From Balanoglossus misakiensis (lineage: Eukaryota; Animalia; Hemichordata), in the NCBI GenBank assembly GCA_040954595.2, contig CM082596.2, positions 4,395,025 to 4,459,024 of the forward strand: a stretch of 64,000 nucleotides of DNA, read 5' to 3'. Positions 49,628 through 64,000 of this stretch are shown piece after piece. Position 1 is the stretch's first letter; each line of letters opens with the position of its first letter. Below the pieces are notes generated by a model. That model made no database searches and was not told where the DNA came from. It worked only from the letters and a program-made list of their open reading frames with translations. A program made the position numbers and the translations under genes.

Positions 49628-52600
49628 TGAATAAATTTGGGACCAATTTCAACCCTTCTTGTGGTATAACTAAGTAACCTTGCACGCAGTGTCGGGCTTT
49701 GTCAGATGCGAGTCAAAGATGGCCTACGTCACATTAATGCAGGTACAACTGAAGGTGTGAATATCATGCACAAGTCTTCACAAAGGGAGTTTCATTTTTC
49801 ACGTTTGACAAAACGAGTCCCCTTTTCATAAAAACAGTTTGCGTGCCTAGTTTTAAATTTCCGTGAAGGGTAGTCACGTTTCTCTTCCACTTGAGAAAAA
49901 ACCAATTACATGGACATGAGCAGACAGATGCCAAGTTAATCCCACATTTTCAATTTCCCTCTGACGACTCTCAAGTCATAAACAGCTGAGGTTTAAGGCC
50001 AGACTCTAACGATATTGCCCCAAAGGTACTGCAATAACAACTGGCTATTCTAAGAAAAAAGACAAAAATAGAGTTTGTGGCCGTCATATTGAAAGTTTTC
50101 TCTTATCGTGCTCATACTGTTCAAGGATAGGTAGTCATGATAGACACTTGAGTGATAAACTTGCCAAAAAGAATAATCGGTGTTTACTATTTATTCATTT
50201 TGGTGAGATTTTTACTCTCGTGTCTACAAGTGGGATGGAAGTTCAATCTTCAACGAAACTTTGAATTATGTGGAGATTCTAATACCCATATGTACAAACT
50301 TTGGAAGTTAGATTTAGACAATTGCATTGTAGACATTTTCCCAGTGCTGGTCCTGGAAGGGGAATTACATTTGAGGAGCCATAATCTAGATTGTCTTGTT
50401 CTGCGCAATTGAAGGTTGTAGTGTACTCCAGGGAGAACCAATATCTATCACTGTATCAGTCTCATAGAACTGATATCATCTATCAGTCTCATCTACCAAC
50501 ACTGACAGGTGATACTTCTTTTAACAATTTTGAATCATGGCTTGTATTTCAAGATTGCCGACTAACTGCAGAATTCAGCTTTTCCTGGAAACAATCAATG
50601 TACCTCTATATGACAAATGACACCAACTCGCTCCCTCTTCAATTTCATATGCAGTTTCTTGTTCTGCAACTCCCTATAGCATGTTGAATCATCTTGACGG
50701 TTTTTATAAGTGTTATGGACAAATGCAGCTATTTGGGAAATTCTGAACTACCACTTTCCATTGTTCAGGGTCTATAATACTTTTAAAAATTACTCTATGC
50801 AAAGCATATGTACTTCATTAATAAGCGCCAGTATGTATAAGTGTGTTAAATTATGAAAGTGCTGAACATCGATTTTTGTCTCTTGTTTATCAATGTTTTA
50901 ATTTATTTACTATTTATTCATTCTGTATTTAACATACCCAGGTATGTATCGTAACATTGGTAATGTAATAAAGTGTATGATTATACTTTACATATAGCAC
51001 TAAAATGCCTAGAATTCTTTTCTTATACCAGTACTCACAGTTGATCAGACTACAACTACTATGATTAATTTTTGCCCACAAATTCAAATAGTAAATTGAT
51101 TGAAATTGTGGAATAGAGATTTTGAATTTATATTCACCGACTTGAAAAAAGTCTATAGTCCTGTCCAGAAGGTAACGAACCTAGAAAATGTGTACATCGT
51201 ATTCTCTGGATGCTGTTAACTTCTGTCCACAGCTAAAGGTGAGGTTAACAACTGAACTACTTGCTTCTGATTCCAACATACATCATGGTTTAGACTTAAA
51301 TCAAAATTGATATTCTTCACACAGCGAAGCAGTCGTCTTTAACACTACATCAATGCAGACATCCTCTTTTCATTGAAACAGATGAGTTTGTCCAGAGCTC
51401 ATCAAGTGTCGGTCCGGCTCTCATCAGGCCAGGCAGACAGGAAGTGCGTCACTCAGGAAATTTGAAATTTAGTGGGTTATTTCTCGGAGAAGCGCAAATA
51501 TTTGGCAATTAGGCAAACAGTGAGGTGTGTGTATACGTCCACACAGATGAGTCAACTGGCAAAAAGGAAGTGTGAGATTGCGACGCATGAAAATCTCTGC
51601 TGCAGAAAGACACGACAGTTGGTGATAGCCTGAGACGTCTTGTCATTACATTAAGAGGATAAATCAAGCTGTTTACGACGGCAAATCTATTTACGTGTAT
51701 TTTTCTCGGGGAATTGGAAGCAAATAACGTTGTCCATCATTTCAGTGACAGTTTGAGTCGTCAATTAACGTGATCACAAAATAGACATGCTCAATAAAAA
51801 GGAGACCTACTGACCAACAGTTGCAGCGGTCCATGGACACAGGGTCCTGAAAGTCACTTGTCCCACATCAACAAACAAAGGGCACACATGCATGCAGTTA
51901 TAGTTATCTAAAATCCTCGCCCCCCCCCCCACCAGTTAATAACAGAACGCTCCCTAACAGCAGTTGTGCGCGAACAAGGCTAATCTGGATGCTCGCCTTA
52001 ATACCACTCAAACCACTTCAAGACGCTTCCTGCCTCTGACTGCGACGCGAGAAAGCAATTATGACCAACTGGTTTAGTCTCCCCGGTCTCAGCTTGCATT
52101 CGATTTTGTTCTTTGCGACCATTTAAAAAAACCTTGGAATCTCCAAGTGTGAGTCACATACAGCAACCTCTGAGACACGGCTTTTAGATTTGTGTTCGTT
52201 CTGTTTTAAATAATCCGCCTAGTGAAATCTAGCATGGTCTGGATGTTACAAAATCAGTGACAATTTTTTCCATTGACTACACTCCATGGCAACATTTTTT
52301 CTCTTGTAGAAAGCGATATCCACTTTCGAAGTTAAATTCTTCAGAGGACTTCAAACCAAAATGAGGGTTTGTTGGGATACGAACGTCTACTGAAATTGCA
52401 GTTTCTATAGTAATTATATTCACATCACAGTGGGTTTCAGAGTCGCAGCTTTATGAAATGTATGGTTTGCGGGGGCTTGCTTTCATGATATATTTGATCA
52501 GATGAACGGCTTCGGAGAGAAAAAAAAATTGCAGGTTGCATCATGCAGCGCCACCTTGCAAGAAACAAGCTACAGAGTTGTGCTGAACGACATTTCTCAG

Positions 52601-55600
52601 TTTGCACGGCCATGCATCCCTGACGACTTGACGTTTAACATTCACGTCTGTCTGCAACAGCGAGTGCAACATCAAACAGACTGCCAAAGTCTAGCTTATT
52701 GACCCTGTTGCCGATAAAACAGAATATCTGTTGGGTATGTGTAACCAACAGGATGACAACCTTCTTAATCACAAAATAAAAAGATAGAGAAACGAAATGA
52801 ACTTGGAAATATACTTCCCTGAGCCCCATCACAGTCATCTTTTATTCTTCCCTAATGAAATAGCGGGTTAGGCCTAATGTCTCTCTGGCCATAAACTGCA
52901 ACGTTAACACGTGTACATTGAACTTGACTGATCTTGGTAAATTGGGCATTTAGAAACGCCATTAAGCGTTGGTGTATAACCGTGAAACACCAGAAATTCA
53001 ATTTGACTTCATCAACAAGGATGGCAAACATGAGAATCTCAATCAGACTTCAACTTTTTTGGTCGCGTTATTGACGGCAGATCTTTGATACGAGTGCATT
53101 CAAAGCAAGATGTGTTTAACTACAAATACAGATTTATGAATGGTCTTTTAAACTCTCTGCCAAAATCAGGTCGTACTTTAAGGAGGTCACCATGCAGGAA
53201 ACGGTACAATTTTCAGCCAATGACGATACAGAAAGCCGAGGCAGCCGTGAGATTGTCGATGCATGCTTTTAGTGATCTGGCTTACAGCTATGATCAAATA
53301 TTCGCCTTATTTTCAAAACTACTAACAATCTTCACTGAACATGCACGTGATGACCATACTGAACAGCCAGACACATCCATCGACACATTATATTACTCTG
53401 AGCTGTGGTTGGGTTGCTGTACAGTACAAAGGTAATAAAATGTGGCAAAATGCTGAGGATATGGGGGAGGGTCACATTTTAGAGTCCAGGTGTACGCTCA
53501 ATCACCCCGGGCCCACCCCCATGTAAATACTGAAGGCTCCCTTAGCCAGTACCTTGAGAGTTTCCTGTAGTCGTGATTTAAACGGGTTATTATAATATAT
53601 CCATAGCACTCAATACTGGGCCTCTAGGCTTAGTTTGCCCACAGGTGTTCACATGTACAGGGGTGGGACCTTGAGTTTATTTTGGCATGGCATTGGCAAC
53701 AACTCATTAGGTTTCGGAGGGCGAAGATACTCGCAAGAACACTTCAATCAGTTGCAAATCTAAACCACATCCATATGCCATACGCTGACATTTCTGGTAA
53801 AATTCCCAGAAGAATGTTATCAATAGAATGGAAATGATGAATTGTGCCATATATTCCCACATTCCTCGCAAAAACAAATCTTTGGGCAACAATTTATTGA
53901 GTTTTCTTTTGTAATGACCATTAATCATAATCATAAGAGCATCCTCCTTATCAGGAACTATCTGTCCTAATTTTATATATGGCTTTTTTTGTACAAGCCG
54001 ATTATCTCTGCATTCTTTATAAAAGTTTTGTAAAAACACATTAGACAATACTATTCTAATGTTGTATATACAGCATAAACCTTCGGTGTGTTTTCACTTT
54101 CGTTTTTTTTTGTGTGTGTTCAATTTTCTCACACATGCGATTATAGGTATTTATCGAGCACATCGAAAAGAAACGAAAAGTAGGGCAACGTCCGACACAG
54201 TTTGATGCATGTACCGGTATACAGTAGTTGATCTCATCTAAGGCACTTATAAAAAGCTCTAAGGTATACTTCTCGGCCTGATATACATATACATGTATTA
54301 TCTTACTTGTGCCGAATTCACTACCATTGATCACCAGGGGGTGTGACACAAAACCTGTTGGTTTTGCCTCCTATCTGTACGACTGTCACGGACATAGTCG
54401 CGAGACCTCTCCGGAGATTGTCTCATCGACCAGGAGGGAGAAGTACACAACTATTCTGATTCTCAAATCACAGATACTATTCTGTCTCCCACTTGTTCGC
54501 ATCAACCCTCCCACTCTGCAGCGTCGTGAAAAATCCTCATTACCTGGGACTCATCATCTCTAACATTAACAGACATCTGGTGAATTGCTAATTGGACCCC
54601 ATCTCCGTTTGCCTTTTAGCCTTTCACTCTGAACTAATAATAGTTGGGTTCCTTGTAAGGCACGCACACAAACACCACATGCAGGCTTGCAAAGTGTTGT
54701 GTGCAGGCGTTCCCAAAGTGCCTCCTCGCGGGAGTGTCTTTCATAGTCGCAGCCTGTCAGCAAAACACAGAATCTCCCACCCACGCAGGACTACAAGTGC
54801 ATGAAACTGACCTGGAGCATAATTTTGTTCCTTTATAAAACACGAGCGTGACCATCTCTTACACAGATTGACCTGCATGTTAATTTTGATTAATTGTAAA
54901 TGATAAGTTTTTCCCCAATACCTCGCAGGAGTCAAAATAAGCCTTGTAAATAAGCCATGGTCCATCGTCGTTTGTTTTACAGTTCCGAACCTAGTTGATC
55001 TGTGGAACACGACGTCACAAAGTGGACTTTTTTTTCAAAATCGTTAGCATCTGCAAGATCTTTCGGTCTCCTCTTCAGATCATCGAGAGTTAATGTAGGT
55101 TGATCATTATACGGTGCCACGAGATCTTTATCCACAACATGGCCTATAATCCGCACTTTAATAAGTGGATTTATGGCGATCAGAACTCACCGCTGCTGTG
55201 CGCGCCCTTGATTAGCGTTCAGGCGCTGTCAGAAACAATGGCAAGTCATGACGGCAATGGGGTACTTATCAAAAGAAATCATCGTGAAACAAACCTCCAC
55301 CGTCTCGTTACAGATAATGACTGCGTTGAAATGCCCAGTTAACCTTATTTTCTATCTGTATACAAATGAAGATTGCGGGCAATGTACTGTGATCCCTGTG
55401 TGTGGCAAATTCATAGAATAACCAAAATAAGGGAGGTAAATGCGCTTTTGATAACGAGCAGTGAGACAACCACCACATTACAAACACAGGTTCCGAAATC
55501 ATGGTCTCCTCTTTTGTAACCTAACTATCATCGTACATTTAAACTCTTCCTTTGTTGGGAAAATGTGCGGTCATATACGCACAGGCAAATGGTGTCTCAA

Positions 55601-58600
55601 ATTTTACCCTGTGTGAACCTGGTAACTGTCACATCGACCTGAAAGAACGAGGAAACAAAACCGAGTATAGACTGTGCACCGGATTTACCTTAACTGTTCT
55701 TGCTCTTTCAATTTGACCTTTACGATTAATAGGCTACTCAAGGAAGAAAAATACTCATTACAGGTAGGGCACTGCCTACGTGAAACAGCATGCCAAGTTT
55801 AAACTCCTGACCCTATTAAGAACTGGATATCTTCAATCAGTGTCTTGCTACCACTAATTACGAATGTAAAGACATACAATTGGGTAGTAGACCTAGCACT
55901 TCGCTTATTAGGTTTGGTGAATTGTACGTTCGTCTAACAAATGTTGCTGGATAGACCTTACCGGTTGCATGTTCACCATCCGTGAACCATTATAACTACA
56001 ATTCAGTGGTTATGATTTGCAGTTCACAATTCGCTTTTCAGAGTCGAACACAAACCTAACAACGTTGTACTCCGCGCACGCCACTATAAGCTCGGCAATT
56101 TCACAGTTGTTACTAATTAGACCTGGAAGCTAACACCTCTACCGCGGCTATTCTGTACAGAATATAGGCACCCTTCAAGACTGCCGGGTACAATTGAAAC
56201 GCGAAGGTTTTTCCATGATAATTGCTCGCCAGCGAATGATGGTCGACGACGCGTCACAAATTGACGCTTCGCGAAATTTTAGATGCGAATTTCAAAATGT
56301 CACAATTGCATTTTGTCGAGAGGCAGGGATTCACTGTATACGGTCACAACAGAATAGAATAGAAGAGGAAACGAGGTCCACTCGCTTCATCAATGAATTC
56401 GCGTTTGTTGAAGCAAAGAGTGATTAGAAACTAAAGATAACCGGACAAACTACGAAGCATTTCTCCTCTAGATAGAATATCAACAGCTCAGGTTAAATGG
56501 CACAAAGTCGTGATTTCCGACGTTTCTTTTAAAAGTCTTTAAGAGCAAGAATTGAATATAGCATTCTGCTCACTGCACGGATGAACTTTTCTCATATTGT
56601 AGTTGGTACATCATTTATTGGCACGTACGAAATAAAAAATACGGCATGGCCAACTTGTAATGTTATATAAACTATTTAACTTTGTGAACATCTCGCATAA
56701 GACGCAATATTTCTATTGAGCAGTACTCTTAACCTGTCTCATGGAGCTACCGTCTGTTTATCAAATAATGGGAAATATAATTTTCTAATCATGGTTCATA
56801 TTGCGATTAAAACATAATAAATTGTCTCTATTATTATTTAATTTGAAAATAATGCAAAATAAAAGACACTGCAGTAGGCACTACCCGTTTACGTTTTCGT
56901 GTCAGAATCAATTCCGCATAATTCAGAGATGATGCGGAGTGTGTCGTGACTGTCTGTTTCCAGCTCACCATGGCAACGAATAACAGTGACTCCAGCGGAA
57001 CAGATGTCAGTAAGCCACTCACTATCAGAATTATTATCTGCGCATATGCCCGGGACCTGCAATTAATTAACTGGCAAAATTGCAACGACATCTGAAGTCG
57101 TCCGGAAAAATTAAGTGACACGATTTGAATGAAATAACATTCGGCAGTAAATCCCGACCAGAAGATGTAATCTTTGAGAGTGCAAAGGAATGCTATTCAT
57201 CACCTCCTCTGTTCAGAATCACGCCCATTAAAGAGTAAATGTCCGCAATCGGTTCATCTATCAAGCTCGCATTCAGCCCCAGTGTTTTACGAAGTGCTTA
57301 CCTATATACAACGCAAGCAGGACACTTTGAAAAGGCGCGACATGGGGTAAGAGCGGTTCAGTGGAATCCAACACCAATCCCAGTTTATCGCCACAGCAGC
57401 AAAGTTCGCCCAAACAGCACGGGGCCTGAAAACATGCAGGCACGGTGAAATGATAGATGGGGTCTTGAGAAATCACCTTTTTTACTACCAAACACTCCTC
57501 GCGAGATAGTTACCATGAAGCCCGTACAGATACAGAAGTCTAACAGCTAAGCTTTCGCATGCTAACTTAGACTTGCATTTTAGATCGGGCCCTGAAGTTT
57601 GTCGGCCTCTTTAGTCGGAAATTACTGGATATTATTAGTAACTTACATACTTAATGGAGTACGTATCCATTTAAAATCAACTGCACTGTTTAGCATTCGA
57701 GCGAAGAGTTGCCCGTTATACTACCCAGTAAATTCTACAACCTCATTACAAACACTCATCGCTGACTTTTTCTTCTGCCCAGTCACGATCATTCATGATG
57801 GAGATGAACATGCAACAAACGCCACGCGGGCACGAGCGCGCATTAAAACTGAAATTGATTTCAGGAATCAAGGGAGTCAAAAGTCTCACGTGGAAATGAT
57901 GTACATGTACGTTACAGTACGAGAACAACACCCATTGCAAAAATCGACATTTGAATTAACTTGATATATCATAACAGAGTGTGGATTGTACTAAAAATCA
58001 TTGCGTAGCATTTTTATCCACAGAATAATTTCAGAGTAGCCTTTGCGAATTAAATGGAGGGGTTAGGGAACATCTTCATATAAGGCATGACAACCGTGTT
58101 CCTAGTTTCGGCAAAATTAACAAACACTTCTGACACTGCATCGGCAAATGTAGCCATAGTAAACATTTCACTAGTAAAAATCCATTTTGAGCCGCAAATT
58201 ACACAAGCTTGGTCATAATAAAATAATCTCACTAATGTAGTTCGGGGTCAAAATACCATATTCCTTCTCAGTTTCTATGGAAACCCCTCTATCCTTTAGA
58301 TGTTGCAATAAAAGAACATGAAATGAGCAAAGGTAAGAAGTTTCAATCTCGGTGTACTTCGGAAGCTATAATGAAATTCGATTACATTTTACATTAAGTC
58401 AAAACTAGAACAACTATTGCAGCACATCCGAATTTAGCCAACTCTGTGCCGAAGCCTCTTGCAATTCATTGACTTTTGTCTGGAGCAAAGATAAATCAGT
58501 TGGTGTAACTTTCACCAACAAGCCATTTACACCAATTAGCATTTAGTCAATAAATGTGATTTGGCATGCATTCATTCGCCACTTCCTAGCCGCGTTGTAA

Positions 58601-61042
58601 GAGAAAACACAACAAAGAAAACATTGCACTAAATGCCGGTTTAACTATGTACATTTGGACAGCTAGTCCTCTAAAATACTTGTTTTGCTAGATCAAGCAT
58701 TTATGTACATCCAGCACAGGGCATTCATGTCACTCCACAAATCCCATATTCAATTAACACAAGATACCACTGACAAAAGACCTATGTCGGCTGAACTGTA
58801 TAAGCTCAACAGCCATAACCACAATTTTTTTATCCCTGTATCATATACCCCGTAATGAGAAATAACTCTGCCAATTATCGCTGTCTCCATGGTTACCCAA
58901 TTTCATTACATTTCATAAATCTTGTGTCACACCACTTGTGTCAGCGCGATCTACTATTAAGTCCACTTATTTCAGCTTCAGTGAATCCGACCATTTCCTG
59001 GCGTTCAAAACATTCATGTATACTGCTACTTTTGATATACTTGGAGTGAAATTCTCAGTATATTACTTTGGTGAAGATTAAAGGGGAAGTGCCATCAGTA
59101 CTGAGCATGTGCGACTTTCTTTGTTTTATAAACACACCATGGCACTGTTCAGGGAGACCCTGTCAACCAATAAGAAGCCTTGCAACGAAAATGTCATTTT
59201 CCCAATTGCAAAATACGTATTCACGGACAATTGTCGAAATCTGAACTGTACTTATTTTGCTTTGAAAATTTCCCCCACTGAGTGATTCAGATCTCACGAT
59301 ATGAAACGAGGTGCGGTATGATTAGCATTTCTAAAAAATATGTTTTTAAAATCTGCCAAACGTCATGACTGTAACAGCCCTTTCTGATAAGCGTCTCTGC
59401 GTAAAAAATAACTGTCGTCTTGGTGTAAAACCTCTTTGCCGCCAATGCTTCACCCGACAGTGATTGTGATTAATGTACCGATGTGTCGGTCGGGTGTTTG
59501 CAGTCAATTCACTCTATAAAGTCACAATACACATTCTGACCTGACGTGCACACCCCCAACTAGACTAACGTTTTATCTGTTACAGCCAAAGAAATCTTGA
59601 GGAACTTTGAATCGCAAATGTCACCTGAATTTGCTGATGAAAATGTACCCCCCCCCCCACCCCGAAAAAAAAATATTTATTGGGATAAGCATTGTCAAAC
59701 ACTTGTTATCAAGGGGAGAATAAACTTGCACCATTTGAAAAAAAACTTCGTGGAAAGGTTGAAATGTTCACAAACGACAAAAAGTGACCATTTTCTCAAA
59801 AATGCTGTCATGAGCTGCGTCAAAGCGCAGTGCCATGACGTTCTGTGTCGTGGATACGATGGGCGTGATCTCAAGCGTTGCATGCCGGTATAGATTTTGG
59901 GTGGATAGACCAAAGATATGCTTGATAGTCGGCTGGCATTGGTGGGTTTATTACCCGACACAACAACAGCAGCAAAGCAGTGTCGATCGTCGTAGAGCAA
60001 GCTTCGAAAAAACAGATGTGTGTCTGAAACGGATGTGTTGATGACATGCATAACGTCTGACACATTCAATTACTGAATGTTCATTCCGTCAGGAGTTCAG
60101 GACGAACTGCATTGCAACTATTGCAGTTCTGCACAAGCCAAGACCCGGTAGTATACAATCACCTCCTGCAGTGGACAGGCATCGGCACTACAGAAGAGTT
60201 GAAGCCACCAACACATATACACCGAAAAACATCATCAGCACCCCGTCGAGTTTGTGTGTGGAGGTGTCGTTTCAGCATCGGCGGTAATTACAACTGCAAA
60301 AGGTGAGAATAGTTATTTTGTACCCTCATCCCAAGAGCAGCTTTTGTTGCCGACAAAATGTAACTTTGAGTGAATGTGTGTTTACCTTAAGTGGTGTTTG
60401 TTGGGGTCTGTGTGTTTTGGTTTTACACATGCATGCGGTAAATTATATTGTGGCAAGCAGCGAGACTTGCATTGTTTTCTTTCTAATACATTACAGGTGT
60501 CCCTTAGTAATTTCCATGCGTTTTTAGTTCCCCTACATATATGCATCTTCGCTGGGTGAAAGAATATGACGACGACACAGCCACACCACACACTGGTGAT
60601 TTTTGGTCTAATAAAGTTTTTCCCCACAATATTCTTTAATTAGTGGGGAGTGATAATTCTTGTCGATATTCAACATGGGTGTGTTAAACGTCGCTTTCGA
60701 CTTGTTGTTTTTTTCCTAGTTGACATTTCCAATGTACACAGAATGTTATTATTTGTCATTTACTTTGCCTCAATCGTCTTTGACGTAGTGAACAAAATGC
60801 GTCACTCTGCCACATCTGTCGCGCAGACATATACGTATATTGCTATCGCCGCAAAGAGTTTCCATCATCACCATAGCAACACATTCCCCGATATCATCTG
60901 TCGACCTGGTGTGTTTTTGAATCAGTTAACTCAAAACCTGTATTTTTCAGGAAAAAACAATACCTCCACAAGGACCTATCGATTGTAGAATACCTGGTAC
61001 TTACTCAGTAGATTAGGCCCCAAAATCCCAAAGGAGGTAACC

Positions 61043-61090
61043 ATGTCGGCCGCTTACAAGGAAATGTCTGGTGTGTGGGTCGCAGATAAG
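61043..61090 (+). CDS. Possible first coding exon of a gene extending beyond the window (MSAAYKEMSGVWVADK)
   Basis: Acceptor TTTTCAG at ~60950, ACCATG context at 61043 and donor AAG/GTAGAC at 61091. A candidate upstream UTR-exon donor AAG/GTGAGA lies at 60303. No downstream exon was found. Confidence 0.3.
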
Positions 61091-63570
61091 GTAGACATTC
61101 GTTTTAGACTGTTTGAATTATACATTGGTATATGTGTCAAAAAGACTTATCAATAAATGGCAACTCCTGACTGTGCTTTTATACTTTAAAATATTCAACA
61201 TATTAAAACATTATCTTGTCTGCATGTATTTCCCATTTTAAACAAGAAATTTGTTAAACAAGTTTATATCAAAGTTGAAATGTGCCGTCCATCCCTAGCA
61301 AAATTGCATGTTCTGATAAGCACATTACCTTTGCTGTAATTAACGTTCCATGGTCATTGCGTGATTTACAACTCCCATCTAAGAATTGATTGAGGCTAGC
61401 AGAATCCATACTACGGGATCTGATCAAGCATCTCTTGTATTAAAATTCTGAAATTCTGAAAACAACCGTTGCCTGGCAATTTGAATACTTCGAAATTGCC
61501 TTCACAAAAGAACGAAATGTTTTAGCACTTGCAATTGCCTTGTTCGTTGTAAACTTGTCATTTTGGAAAACCTTGAAGGTACGAAACTAGAGTTGCATAA
61601 TGTTGGAAAAGTCACAAGGTGCAAACTTCCAGTCGACATAAAGAACACCTGAGAGGTGCCTGTGGCATATGTCAAAAGCAATTTGATTCCTGCAGTAGGA
61701 AACAATATCGATTAATATGCATGAAACCGTGAAACAAAGTTTAATCTTCCGTTATGGCGAATGTGCATATTTCCGCCATCAATTAAAACGGCCACTTTGA
61801 AATGAAATATGGTGACGGCGAATTGATACCTGGGATGTAATTGCAAAAGTCGTTCTGAATATTGCATTCTTTGGTAGAGTGGGCTTTGGTGATTTCATTT
61901 AATGAGTTGAAGGAAGAGGGTTGGGGGTGGTGCGCCCCGGTAGCCTTAAACTATCATGGATGACATTTTGCGGGGGAGAGGGGGGGGGGGTGGATTGGTG
62001 GCTTGGCGAGGCTGTTAGCATGTGGTTAATTCACTGTGGAGTGATATGTCCAAGGACACCTGTAATGATTTTGCTGTGGCGTTTTGATCTTAACTATAGA
62101 TTGTTGTCCAAAACACCTGCGTTGTTCACAGACGCGGTGGTGCAATGTCAGACCTGTAACCGGCACCTATTGATGGACAAGACCATTATTAAATATCACA
62201 GCATCACTGTCAATGAACTACAATCATTACATGTCCTGCATATAGGACGACTCACGCAACATTGTCTGCATTCAACGGAAACGGAGGTATATTAGAAATA
62301 TCATTACCGCTTGGCGATTTGAATTCCGGGCCAGTCACCAATTCCACAAGTGGACCCCTGAGAATTGCTTTTAATAATGTTACGATGACGGCGCACGAGA
62401 CAGTTGCGAAAAGTGATCTCATCCAATTTATCTTGTGTGCAATCAGTCTGTTGGGTAAATATTTCTTTATTATCAGCAACATCAAATTCCTTCTCGAGTT
62501 TTCAATATAGGGTAAATTGCATGTCCACACGGAAGCGCGTCTTCGGTAAGCACCGACACCGATAAAATGGGTTTACCTGCATGACTGGTATGATACATCG
62601 TCAGGGTCTGCAGTATCTGACCCAAGCAGTGATCAGAAACTGAAATTTTTAAGACTTCAAAAGTTGTTTACCATTAATACATGCCGCCTTTTTGGGCAGC
62701 CAGGGAAACATCATGTCCACCAACTGTTTAATCACACCAATCGCACTCGTGTCCACTTGACATAAATTTTAATCTCTGTTATAAAATAAATTAGATCTGC
62801 AGAGATCACGTTCTCCGGGATCAAAATTAATTTGGGCGCTTGGTTATGATGTAGTTGTCTTGCCCGTTGCACTTCATATGGGAACCAATGAGTGCAGTGC
62901 ACTTTTGTTAGATTTTGGAAGGAAGGGTCCATTAGACTTATGCGAACACTCCGCATGCGTCGTATGTCTGATGTTGTTAGCCTGAACAGGACTTGTTCGA
63001 AAACACTTTAGTATCTTTTTCTGAACGTTTATACGATGATTTCTGGTGCAATTATCACATGAACTGGCCCTGATCACCACCTGTGTGACGTAGACCAGGA
63101 CAGATCAAAAATCCTGATCACCCCTGTGTTACGTCATCAACCGGAACTATTTCCACCGATTCGCCGTAGCTTTGTTGTCAAACAAAAACAGTACGTGTAG
63201 CGCGCGGCATTTACAATACAGAAATGAAATAAAAAAATTACGGTTCCATGACAATAACGCTTTGTAAGCTCAAAACAGAAAGGTGGAATTTGGAAAGAAG
63301 ACAGTCGACGCAACGATCATGGACGATCGTGGCTGTCAAAGTTTTGGGTCAGGTGTACATAGCCTAGGCTAGGCGCAAGTCCGGTACGTTCCGAGTCGAA
63401 TCAGCGTGGGGAATTGTTTCGAGCCAGTTCAGCGTGACGACTGAACCTCTCTATTGCACCGGTCAACGAAATGTATAAGACGTGGCAACAGGTTGCAGTA
63501 AAATTGTTAGAGAATCGATTACATTTGTGTAAGGCCGAACTTCGAGCGAACGGAACTCAACGGGACGACT

Positions 63571-63664
63571 TGTTGGGAGATTTTATGAATGATCAGCGAT
63601 AGTTCACCATTTGCGTATATGCAAATGATGAACTATCGCTGATCATTCATAAAATCTCCCAACA
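63571..63664. repeat. 94-bp near-perfect palindrome with no spacer
   Basis: The 47-bp arms (left: TGTTGGGAGATTTTATGAATGATCAGCGATAGTTCACCATTTGCGTA) differ from perfect complementarity at only two positions. Confidence 0.95.
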
Positions 63665-63792
63665 TATATCTCCTGGGGGACATAATCCCGCTCAGTAAAA
63701 TACGACACCGCTCCAAAATTGTTGCAAGGTACTGAATTGTTTTAGTCCTGCCTCTTCTAACGAAAAATAAGAAGACTGTTCATGTGATAAAT

Positions 63793-63951
63793 ATATAATC
63801 CCATGATATCTTTCTTTGTTTAACGTCATCGTATACTCGTGGTTTTCGCGGAAGCGTACAACTTCTCGCCTGCGGCTCGAAGTTGCACTGCTCCGCGAAA
63901 ACCACTCGTATACGATGACGTCAAACAAAGAAAGATATCATGGGATTATAT
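63793..63951. mobile_element. 159-bp foldback element, probably a MITE
   Basis: ATATAATCCCATGATATCTTTCTTTGTTTAACGTCATCGTATAC...GTATACGATGACGTCAAACAAAGAAAGATATCATGGGATTATAT, with pairing that continues inward to a short TCGCCTGCGGCTC loop. Confidence 0.75.
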
Positions 63952-64000
63952 GTAAATATCCCCTGCATATTACTGGGATTTTTGATTGCATTGTTTCCAA

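Noticed and set aside
59079-59120. TTAAAGGGGAAG start suggestive of a Kolobok-type element
   Set aside because: No matching inverted right end was found in the window.

Overview
Intron-rich animal genomic DNA with canonical GT-AG splice sites. It resembles a marine invertebrate, possibly a non-vertebrate deuterostome, but that is inference. The first ~50 kb is gene-dense. By manual splicing I reconstruct ten genes: C1D (5' part, -), an 18-finger C2H2 protein with an uninterrupted CDS (+), NGLY1/PNGase (+), a secreted EMI-EGF-cbEGF-C-type lectin (+), a tandem-repeat galectin (-), an MPP2/MPP6-type MAGUK (+), DNAJC22/wurst (-), a J-domain-less RJL GTPase (+), FAM133 (-) and a DUF445-like membrane protein (+). 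The last gene has two RFX X-box motifs upstream and a ~6 kb array of a 23-bp repeat in its final intron, which explains all the very long ORFs in the track. Short non-autonomous DNA transposons are present: an 803-bp Harbinger-type element and an ~85-bp piggyBac-type family, one copy of which sits exactly on the FAM133 stop codon. Two near-perfect foldback sequences lie near the right end. The last ~14 kb has no confident gene. All family assignments come from motif recognition by eye; no database search was run.
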